DNA of 42,053 bases. Source: Octopus bimaculoides. Its lineage: Eukaryota. A program made the position numbers and the translations under genes. The notes below the pieces were generated by a model, which saw only the letters and a list, made by a program, of their open reading frames with translations, made no database searches and was not told the DNA's origin. The DNA lies in NCBI RefSeq assembly GCF_001194135.2, contig NC_068988.1:9678229-9720281 (forward strand), read 5' to 3'. This document shows, in pieces, positions 10,698 to 20,752 of the stretch (the stretch's first letter is position 1; the number at the start of each line of letters is the position of its first letter).

Positions 10698-11894
10698 TAT
10701 AAATTATACCGATTCTTTGTTCATAACTTGGTCTGCTCAAGTTTTGCAGCCAATGAAGTCTGGCACCATATGAGATCTTCAACCAATCATATTTTGCTAA
10801 TTATTCCTGTCTCCTTATCTGTCTTTGACTTAACGATTGTTTTCTTTTTCACTTTTACTTTTTGATTGCAATGATTTTGGTTTGTTTTGTATTTCTTTTT
10901 TTTTCTTCTTTTTTTTTAGCTTTCTAATTTTTGTCTCAGGGAGAAAAAATATGCAAATTAGTTGTTTTCATTTAAATTGTAGATTAAAAGATTATTATAA
11001 ACTTCTGATTTGAATTGTTTATGCTGAAAGGTGGTCTTGGCCCATTCTAATTAAACTAAGCAGACATGGAATAACTACGTGAATATGGTATTAAGCTACC
11101 AACTCATAGGTCTTAAGTTCAATTCCAGTACAGGTGTTTCATTGGGAATTTGACTACTATAGTTGTGGACATGGCTGTGTAGGTAAGAACACCACCTGGA
11201 AACCATATTGCTTCAAGTTCAATCCCACTCCATGGCACCTTGGCTAAGTGTCTTCTACATTAGCCTTAAGCTAACCAATTCCTTGTCAATGGATCTATTG
11301 GGAAAGACATTCCCTTCATGACCAACCTGTTTTTTTTGTGGGGGTGGGGGAGCGGTTTTATATAGTTTATCTCAGATTACAGTGTGATCTAAGAGAGATT
11401 TGGTGTCTCCTAGCAGTTCAAACAACCATGTAGACACACCCACATTGGTTTATTTAAGTACCCACAGTTCATCAGTTCTCACAATGTGGGTACCTCAACA
11501 CAAACACACCTGTGTACATTCACCTGCATATTCTTTCGTTCACACATAAACACACTTGTGTACCATTTATGGTAGACTTTACCGCTATAGACGAGAGCTG
11601 ATTTGTATCATAAGCAATAAGCATCAATGAGAAAACCCCCAAAATTCTACTTTGCAAATGAAGGTCTTTGAATTGGGTTCCATTCCATGAACCAATGATT
11701 GGTCCATCAGAAACCTGTTACCAATGAGATGATTATCTGCAAATTGCAACAAAAAAAAATATAAAGAAAGAAATAGAATAACTAATATACTGCCAGTCAT
11801 TTCCAAATTCTATGAAAATGGTAAAATTGATATTAAACTCATGATAGATCGAATGAGTCACTCATTAATGAATGAATGTCTGTCATGTCACAAC

Positions 11895-11907
11895 AATGGT
11901 ATCATCG

Positions 11908-11939
<32 letters not shown>

Positions 11940-12400
11940 GTTATCGTTGTTGTTAATACTGTTACTATTCACTATTTTGCTCTGGAGATTTTCAACTCCT
12001 GAAAGAAATTGAATACATTTGTTGCTGTTGTTGTTATTGATGGTGTTTAGTGAGATGATGGTAGTGGAGGTGGTAGTGGTCACAGCAATGACAGCGACCA
12101 TCATCATCATCACTACTACTACTACCATCCCCACCACCATATAATCACAATCATCTTCCTCATAACCACCACCACCACCACCACCACATCAATACAACCA
12201 CCTCTACCACCACCACCACCACCATCATCAGAAGCAATAGTTTTAGCTGCTGCATTATTGAGATTATATCAAAAAAAAATTTGCAGTAATTATTCATTTC
12301 CACCACTACCATCATCATCATCTTCATCATCATCATTCTCATCAGTATAATTCTAATCCTCAACATTGTTATAATCATCATCACCACCAGTAATCCCTTA
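11895..12400. repeat. Mosaic of trinucleotide repeats (ATT, GTT, GGT/GAT, CAT, ACT, CAC)
   Basis: Read directly; source of the poly-M/V/N/W ORFs in the track. Confidence 0.9.
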
Positions 12401-12485
12401 GGCAACAATAGAGTAAACTTGATGTTGTAATCATAGGATTCCAGAGAGAGTTCTGTGGTGGCAATTGTTAATGTTTTCCCTCGTC

Positions 12486-12680
12486 GAAGATGGCAAGCTG
12501 GACAAAATGCTTACTAGCGTTTCGTCTGTCTTTACATTCTGAGTTCAAATTCCCTCGAAGTCACCTTTGCCTTTCAGCCTTTCAGGAATTGATGAAATAA
12601 GTACCAGTTGTGTACTGGGGTCAATGCAATTGACTTACTCCCTCCCCCAAATTGCTGGCCTTGGGCCGAAAATTTGAAAT
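12486..12680 (+). mobile_element. SINE family B
   Basis: GGCAAGCTGG...CTGAGTTCAAATTCC (B box)...GCCTTTCAGCCTTTCAGG...AAATAAGTACCAGTTG. Confidence 0.8.
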
Positions 12681-12700
12681 CATTATTATTATTATTATTG

Positions 12701-13115
12701 AGGCACAGGAGTGGCTATGTGGTAAGTAGCTTGCTTACAAACCACATGGTTCTGGGTTCAGTCCCACTGCGTGGCACCTTGGGCAAGTGTCTTCTACACT
12801 AGCCTCGGGCCGACCAAGGCCTTGTGAGTGGATTTGGTAGACAGAAACTGAAAGAAGCCTGTCGTATATATGTATATATATATATATGTGTGTGTGTATG
12901 TGTGTGTGTATATGTTTGTGTGTCTGTGTTTGTCCCCCCAACATCGCTTGACAACCGGTAGTGGTGTGTTTATGTCCCCGTAACTTAGAGGTTCGGCAAA
13001 AGAGACCGATAGAATAAGTACTAGGCATCCAAAGAATAAGTCCTGGGGTCTATTTGCTCGACTAAAGGCAGTGCTCCAGCATGGCCACAGTCAAATGACT
13101 GCAAGAAGTAAAAGA
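12701..13115 (+). mobile_element. Young full-length SINE family A (reference copy used here)
   Basis: TGGCTATGTGG A box, GGTTCAGTCCC B box, CCTTGGGCAAGTG CORE-like start, (TA)(TG) linker, tail ...CAGTCAAATGACTG...GTAAAAGAG. tRNA-derived SINEs (OK, OR1, OR2) are described in octopus, but I cannot assign the name. Confidence 0.9.
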
Positions 13116-13116
13116 G

Positions 13117-13350
13117 TAAGGTGCTGAGCTGGCGGAATCGTATCATCACCAAGCCAACGAGCTGGAAGATTGTTAGCACACAGGACAAAATGCTTTGTGG
13201 CATTCTATCTGTCTTCTTGTTCTGAGCTCAAGTTCTGCTGTGTTTGACTTTGCCTTTCACCCTTTTGGAGTTGATGAAATAAGTACCAGTTATGCCCTAG
13301 GGTTGATATAACCAACTAAACACCACCTCCCCCAAAATTTCAGGTCTTGT
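13117..13350 (+). mobile_element. SINE family B
   Basis: AAGGTGCTGAGCTGGCGGAATCG...GACTTTGCCTTTCACCCTTTTGGAGTTGATGAAATAAGTACCAG. Confidence 0.8.
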
Positions 13351-13384
13351 TCCTATTGGTAGAAAGGATTCATGATACCTTCGT

Positions 13385-13680
13385 TGATATGCTGTGCTTG
13401 AGAAGACAAACCCTCAAGCCAAGTGAAATTGTAGTCACGACTGATACTGGTGTCACGCAAATGGCACCCATGCCAGTGGCACATAAAAGCGCCCATGCTG
13501 GTGGCACATAAAAAGCACCCATTTCACTCTCGGAGTGGTTAGTGTTAGGAAAGGCATCCAGCCGTAGAAAACCATGCCAAATCAGACTGGAGTCTGCTAC
13601 ACCCCTTCAGCTTGCCAGCCCTGGTCAAACTGTCCAACCCATACCAGCATGGACAACAGGCGTTAAATGATGATGATGGT
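13385..13680 (+). mobile_element. LINE 3' tail (family D)
   Basis: GTGGCACATAAAAGC units, CACTCTCGGAGTGG..., ending GTTAAAT(GAT)n. Confidence 0.85.
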
Positions 13681-14903
13681 TACTACATTCTCCACCTTCT
13701 TTCTCTCTTCCTCTGCATGCATTCTTCCCTCCACCTCACACACTTTTCCTTTTTACTTTCATACACACACACATCCCTCCCCTGCTCCCTCTTAAAATCA
13801 GTCTAAAAAATACCTAGATTTATTCTGTCTCCTCTCCATTTACCCACCTCCCCCTCTCTTCCTCCCCACCCACCCCACTCTGACATCCTTAAACACTTCA
13901 CAATCCCACTGCATCACAAATGCACGCAGCATCTCGCATCTGTGCATTTTAATGTTTTATGCCAAGATGCCTGTACACATGTACATACATTTGAATATCT
14001 GTTCAAGCATGCACATGTATATACACTTTGGTTCATCAACATACATGTAAAATATATGCACAAGAAAATATTAACACACAGACATATCTATATACAGACA
14101 AATTCCATACAAACATGAAGAATGAAAAGAGTTTTGATGCTGAATTTGCTTTAAGAAATTAGAATAACTCCAAATTCTTCAGCTGAACTGTATCTTTTAC
14201 AACTGCTCTTCCGATTCTAAGGTAACAGTTGACACAGTTCTTTGTTCAGTGGCAGTGTGACAGATATTTTTTCCACTTCCTTTAGCAGAAAATGTAAACA
14301 GGTAGAGAGAAAAACTTGTACGGTGGGGGATGGAGGAGGAGGAGGTATGTTGTACAAGAGAAAGAAAGTTGGAGCATTTTAAAAAGGAACAAAGAATTTG
14401 ATCAAATACATGTCGTTAGTGATTGTAAAAGAGGAGGCAAAAAATCAGAAAGTATTGCCTTGCATAAATGTGGGAAATGGTAAAGGAAAAAATAAAAACA
14501 TAAAATATTGCCAGAATTTGAAACCTATATAGAAAAAAGAATAGCACCATTGGTATAGTGTGTGTGTTTGTGGGTGTTTTGGTAAATCTAGGGGAAAAAA
14601 TTTTCTTTTTTTTAATTTTATCTCTGAAAGAAATATTTTATCATGCAGCATTAATTAGCCTTTCTCAATTAAGTACATTCCTTGACTTAAAAGGTGTTAG
14701 TGTGCCACTGCCAAAGAGTGTTAACATTGGTGTACAAGAAGGTGGTGGTGGTGTTGCTGGTCTGGTTCTTTCTAGTTATTTCTCTCATGAAAAGAACTTC
14801 TACTGTTTCCACATAAATAAGACCCATGTTGGGACCACATAAGAAGCACCTGTTCTGGTACCGTGTAAGAAGCACTTGCGCTGGCACCACATAAAAAGCA
14901 CCC

Positions 14904-15135
14904 GGCTGTGTGGTAAGTAGTTTGCTTATAAACCACATGGTTCTGGGTTCAGTCCCACTGTTTGGCACCTTGGGCAAGTGTCTTCTACTATAACCTCAGG
15001 CCGACTAAAGCCTTGTGAGTGGCTTTGGTCGGCCCGAGGCTATAGTAGAAGACACTTGCCCAAGGTGCCACACACTTAACCCGGAACCATGTGGTTGGTA
15101 AGCAAGCTACTTACCACAAAGCCACTCTTGCGCCT
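14904..15135. mobile_element. Fold-back pair of SINE A heads (+ copy 14904-15020, - copy 15021-15135)
   Basis: Arms 14904-15012 and 15021-15123 are reverse complements around the loop TTGTGAGT. Confidence 0.9.
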
Positions 15136-15229
15136 AGTTAACTATGTAAAAATATCACAGAAAGAAACCAAACTGTTTTTTGCATTAATACATCTGTAGC
15201 AACATTTTTCTCATGGAGCCTTGAAATAC

Positions 15230-15307
15230 TGTAGTAGATCCCTGATTTCTTAATTTGCTTGTATGGACCCCCAAAAATCTTATAGGGACCTCAGTTCAGA
15301 ACCACTG
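15230..15307. mobile_element. Possible hAT-Charlie-like MITE end
   Basis: Ends GTTCAGAACCACTG; reverse complement CAGTGGTTCTGAAC is one mismatch from the Charlie-type terminus CAGTGGTTCTCAAC. Confidence 0.4.
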
Positions 15308-17659
15308 CAGTAGACTGTCAGTCTGAATGCTCTACTTGTGTCTGTTTCATTATTGCATTGTTCTTGGTTAAAAAAACGCTGAGGTAGAGTTTATCTTTGC
15401 ACTTCACTGAGATCAATAAAATAAGTACAAATGCTGCAATTAATTCTATCAATTATCTCCCACCCTTGTTAGAAATTGGCCCCGTGCCTAATTAAAGTAA
15501 ACCAATATTAATCTGGCTCTTGTATTTCCAGAGATGATGTTAACAATGCTTATTAATTATTCCATTATTTTCAATTTGCCTATTTCTATTCTGGCATATC
15601 AAAGTCTGGTTTTCATGTGTCTGTTATTAATTCAACCGATAAAATAGTGAAGTTTTTCTCACCAATTCCTTACCAACGGTTCTACATATCTAAGATTACT
15701 TTATTAATGCAGTATGAAATAAATTAATGTTCTTGTGTTATGCAGGCTGCTGATATAGTTATGCTTTCATGTCTCTGAGGACAAGCAGTCTCATTATGGT
15801 AAATTATAGGAGAGAAGCTTTCCAAAATAATTTTTCATTATTTTTTTTGTTTTTTCACAAGATCAATGGAACGAAAACAATTGTTTGTGAAAAACTATAA
15901 CAACAAACAAGGAGTAAGCTTTTATTTCTTAATGTTTGTTGCAACAAGTTACATTAATCTTGTTTTGGTTCCTTTCGGTCTGGCTAACTTTCTCAAGAAA
16001 ACCACACCATAAACAATGAAATGATTAAGTCCTTTTGATTTTTGTTTTTTTCCCAGCATCATGGCAGATAAAGAGCCCATAGCTTAAGTATTCCTGAGAA
16101 TGAAAGTCTTATATGCATGCATATATACGGATAGATAGGTAGATAGATAATGGCAGTTTTTTTTTTTAAATATTAAATCATTATTTGGTAGAATATAAGT
16201 TTGTTTTTTGGGGGTGGGGTCTTGGTTTTTGCCTTCAATAAAATCTTCTCAGTTGATAAAAAGAGAGATAACGAAAATAAAAAGAGAGTTAAAGAAATTG
16301 GAAATTTTAAAGAAATTTAGTTTTTATTTTTATTTATTTTTTAAATATATTTATTTGTTGATGTTTGATTGAGTAATGTGAGCTTAATGTAAAAAAAAAA
16401 AAAAATTGAAAAGTGAAAAATCTACTTCCTTTCTGGAGTTGATAGGTTGTTAAAGTAAACTGAAGTTCTCTAAAAGCAGTTAAACCCCAAAAAAAACAAA
16501 AAAAAAAACAGAAGAAAGAATTGAAGGAAAGAATAGGAAAGTGCCATTACTGAAGAATATTTTTGGCATCTATATGGAGTAACATATTCAGTCTTTATAA
16601 TTACATAAAAAGGTTTTCTGAATTAAAAACTAAAAATNNNNNNNNNNNNNNNNNNNNNNNNNNNNNNNNNNNNNNNNNNNNNNNNNNNNNNNNNNNNNNN
16701 NNNNNNNNNNNNNNNNNNNNNNNNNNNNNNNNNNNNNNNNNNNNNNNNNNNNNNNNNNNNNNNNNNNNNNNNNNNNNNNNNNNNNNNNNNNNNNNNNNNN
16801 NNNNNNNNNNNNNNNNNNNNNNNNNNNNNNNNNNNNNNNNNNNNNNNNNNNNNNNNNNNNNNNNNNNNNNNNNNNNNNNNNNNNNNNNNNNNNNNNNNNN
16901 NNNNNNNNNNNNNNNNNNNNNNNNNNNNNNNNNNNNNNNNNNNNNNNNNNNNNNNNNNNNNNNNNNNNNNNNNNNNNNNNNNNNNNNNNNNNNNNNNNNN
17001 NNNNNNNNNNNNNNNNNNNNNNNNNNNNNNNNNNNNNNNNNNNNNNNNNNNNNNNNNNNNNNNNNNNNNNNNNNNNNNNNNNNNNNNNNNNNNNNNNNNN
17101 NNNNNNNNNNNNNNNNNNNNNNNNNNNNNNNNNNNNNNNNNNNNNNNNNNNNNNNNNNNNNNNNNNNNNNNNNNNNNNNNNNNNNNNNNNNNNNNNNNNN
17201 NNNNNNNNNNNNNNNNNNNNNNNNNNNNNNNNNNNNNNNNNNNNNNNNNNNNNNNNNNNNNNNNGGAATTTTTTTCTATAGAAATATGGAAACTTTAATT
17301 ATATTTGACACTTTTTTCCTGATTTATTTTTAAAATTTATTTACTTCACTTTTTTATCATTTTCTTTTCTCTCCTTTTTACTCCATCTTTAATGAAAATT
17401 TTTTTTTTATTTTTGCTTGACTTTTTCTGCCAATATTATGAAAATATTGTTTATTTTTTTTTCTTTTCCCAAAGATTAAATATAAGTATGAACAGTCTTC
17501 CCTCTTGATTTTACATTCCTTCTTCATAAACATCAATCTCTCTTCTTCTCTCTCTTTTTCTTTTTTCTGCCCCTTTTTTCTTCACAGTCAAATGGCATAT
17601 CAACAGATTTAACAAAATAACTACATTAGTCTGTGATGCCTTTCAAACACATTAGATTT

Positions 17660-17985
17660 AACCGGTACTCCACCAGTTATGACGACGAGGGTTCCTGGAG
17701 TTGATCTGATCAGCAGAACAACCTGTGAAATTAACGGGCAAGTGGCTGAGCGCTCCACAGACATGTGTACCCTTAACATACTTCCCAGGGAGATTCAGTG
17801 TGTTTCACAGAATGTGACAAGGCTGACCCTTTGAATTAAGGGTGCAACTCATTTTTGCTAGCTGAGTGGACTGGAGCAACGTGAAATAAAGTGACTTGCT
17901 CAAGGACATAACATAGTGCTGGGAATTGAACTCATGATCTTAGGATCATGAGCCAAATTCCCAAACCACAGAGCCATGTGCCTTC
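17660..17985 (-). mobile_element. Full SINE family C
   Basis: Reverse complement of 10087-10402. Confidence 0.85.
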
Positions 17986-18384
17986 ACACCCTTCACTCAC
18001 CCTTCACTCTCACTCACCCTTCACTCATTCACTCACTCAAACTAATGCATTCAAACACTCACAACTCAGTGACTCAAAAACCCTATTGTATCATCTCAGT
18101 TGTTATTTGTGTCCTGACAACCAACAAGAATTTCGTACTTATTGACCTTACTGTGACTGATTACATGATTAATTTGATAGTATTTTTAGTTCCATTTAGG
18201 CCTCTACCCTTTTTTAAACAGTGCTCTTTTGCTTAAAACCAGTCCAACCATGTCATGATATAGAATAATAGATTAATTGAATTAAATAATAATAATAATA
18301 ATAATAATATGTTCCCTGAATCAATACCAGGCAGTGACTCTCATGGCTTTTGATCTTAACCGACTGGAAGTGTTATCATGTACA

Positions 18385-18555
18385 TTGCTTAGTGGCATTT
18401 CATACGTCTTTATGTTCTGAGTTCGAAATCTACTGAGGTCAACCTTGCCTTTCATCCTTTTGGGGTCGATAAAATAAGTACCAGTTATAAGCACTGGGGT
18501 CGATGTAATCAACTTCATGATAATTGTTGGCCTGGCGCCAAAATTTGAGACCAAT
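18385..18555 (+). mobile_element. SINE family B, head-truncated
   Basis: GCCTTTCATCCTTTTGGGGTCGATAAAATAAGTACCAG...CTGGGGTCGAT. Confidence 0.75.
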
Positions 18556-18733
18556 TTTATTGGTTCTAAAGGTTTGAAAAGCAAAGTTAACCTTGGTAGG
18601 ATTTGGATTCAGAAAGTAAAATGCCAAAACATGTGGTCTGTGTCTACTGATTCCACCCATTCTTCCCATGACTTTGCATAATTCTCAGTAAGTTATAAAC
18701 GAGTGAATGACCCATGTTTTAGATTAGTCATCA

Positions 18734-18783
18734 TTCAAGCCTTTATGAAGAGACATTCTTCAAGCCTTTATGAATAGACATTC
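18734..18783. repeat. 25-bp tandem duplication
   Basis: TTCAAGCCTTTATGAAGAGACATTC / TTCAAGCCTTTATGAATAGACATTC. Confidence 0.9.
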
Positions 18784-19051
18784 TTGAATCGTCTTTTGTA
18801 TTGCATCTACGTAATTGATACACCCTGAAAATGAGCTCATACAGGGTGCAACAAAAATGCCTCCCAGATTCAACATTTTTGATAAATGTTTTAATACCAA
18901 ACTCAAGTTGTGCCCTAATTCAAACCATGATGGTAACTGAAAAAAATCATGGTAAAATATTAGCTATATGTAGACACTATTACCACTGCCTAACTTCACT
19001 TGTGCTACACAAATGACCATTCAGAATAAGGTTTCCCTGTCATATCCTGTA

Positions 19052-19532
19052 AGTTTATTTCTTTATTGCCCACAGGGGGCTAAACATAGAAGGGACAAAC
19101 AAGGACAGACAAACGGATTAAGTCAATTAGATTAACCCCAGTGTGCAACTGCTACTTATTTAATCAACCCCAAAAGAATGAAAGGCAAAGTCAACCTCAG
19201 CAGAATTTGAACTCAGAATGTAACGGCAGCCGAAATACCGCTAAACATTTCACCCAGCATGCTAACGATTCTGCCAGCTCACCACCCTAAATATATTCTT
19301 TTCTACTCTAGGCAAAGATCAGACAATTTTGGGGAGGGAGCCAGTCGATTAGATCGACCCCAGTATGCAACTGGTACTTAATTTATTGACTCTGAAAGGT
19401 TGAAAGGCAAAGTCGACTTCGGTGGAATTTGAACTCAGAACGTAAAGACAGACAAAATGCTGCTATAGACAGATAAAATACCGCTAAGCATTTTGCCCAG
19501 CGTACTAACGTTTCTGCTAGCTCACTGCCTTA
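19052..19532 (-). mobile_element. Two SINE B copies head-to-tail (19052-19289 with a variant tail; 19295-19532)
   Basis: Each has GAATTTGAACTCAGAA and ends ...CTGC(C/T)AGCTCAC...CCT. Confidence 0.85.
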
Positions 19533-19534
19533 CC

Positions 19535-19635
19535 ACAGAAATAATTCCTGTTATTTTACTAAATTCTTCATTATTTTCAAAATTGATTGAAGCAAAGACA
19601 ACACATTTCCACATAGATATGGCAACAAAATGGTT
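19535..19635 (-). mobile_element. AT-rich interspersed repeat (family E) fragment
   Basis: Reverse complement TTTTGAAAATAATGAAGAATTTAGTAAAATAA matches ~20850-20885 and ~21455-21490. Confidence 0.55.
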
Positions 19636-19705
19636 GCAATTCTTAAACTGCTTTGGCAAGTGGAATTATTAGGACATGTTGACTGTGTTTCCATGAAAGA
19701 TTGGA

Positions 19706-19750
<45 letters not shown>

Positions 19751-19751
19751 T

Positions 19752-19970
19752 TTATTTCTTTTACTTGTTTCAGTCACTTGACTGCAGCCTTGCTGGAGCA
19801 CCACCTTTAGTCGAACAAATCGACCCCAGGACTTATTCTTTGTATACCTACTTCTTATTCAATCGGTCTCTTTTGCCGAACTGCTAAGTTACCTGGATGT
19901 AAACATCAGCATCGGTTGTCAAGTGATGGTGGGGGGACAAACACAGACACAAACCCACACACATATCTAC

Positions 19971-20006
<36 letters not shown>

Positions 20007-20167
20007 TGGGCTTCTTTCAGTTTCCGTCTACCAAATCCACTCACAAGGCTTTGGTCAGCCCAAGGTCATAGTTGAAGACACCTGCCCAAGTTGCCACGCA
20101 GTGGGACTGAATCCAGAACCTTGTGGTTGGTAAGCAAGCTACTTTCCACACACCCACTCCTGTGCCT
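19752..20167 (-). mobile_element. Young full-length SINE family A
   Basis: Close reverse-complement match to 12701-13115. Confidence 0.9.
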
Positions 20168-20752
20168 ATATATACACATACATATATGAGAGAGAGAGAG
20201 AGAGAGATTGGTAGATACCATAAAGAGGTTTGTTATTGTAGTGCATTGACGATCTACAGTTTCTTCCAGAAAATATTATCTAAACACTCTTTTCTTTTGT
20301 TGCTTTATTGTGGAGTTTATTGATTAACATTTTCCGGGTTACCTTTTGTTTATAGTAACCTTGGTTACGAGTTAGGAGGAGCTGCTCTCTATTTGCAATA
20401 GGGTCTTTCTTTTCTTTTTCTTTTTTTTTTTTTGCTGTCTTTCTTTCTTTCTTCCTCTCTTCCTCTCTTCCTGTGTGTGCTGCTGATAGCTGGTCCAAGT
20501 GAATGGCTAACTTACTGCAGATGGTTAGCTTGTTGTCGCTAAGTATTATGTCCAGGTATGTTATGTAGCTTGTATTGAATTGAAATCTCAGTACAGTTGT
20601 GTGTATGTCTGTCTCTCATTATGTGTATCTTTGTGCTAGTGTGTGTGTGTCTGTGTAAGTGAATATGTATGTCTCTGTATGTGTGTGATTGTATGTGTTT
20701 CTGATTTCTTTCTGAAACATTTTGAAGTTCCTGATGTTACTGATTACATGCT

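Noticed and set aside
12701-12790. tRNA-like A/B boxes here and in other SINE heads
   Set aside because: No complete cloverleaf or acceptor stem; these are SINE heads, not tRNA genes.
14183-14301. Two small exon-like segments (14183-14221 AAG|GTAACA; 14286-14301 CAG|GTAGAG)
   Set aside because: Joining them in the only open frame of the first segment gives an immediate stop, and the 64-nt intron is short; indistinguishable from chance sites.
20478-20556. Exon-like segments after a long pyrimidine tract (ends ATG|GTTAGC or CAG|GTATGT)
   Set aside because: Several mutually exclusive boundaries and short frames; none is preferred.
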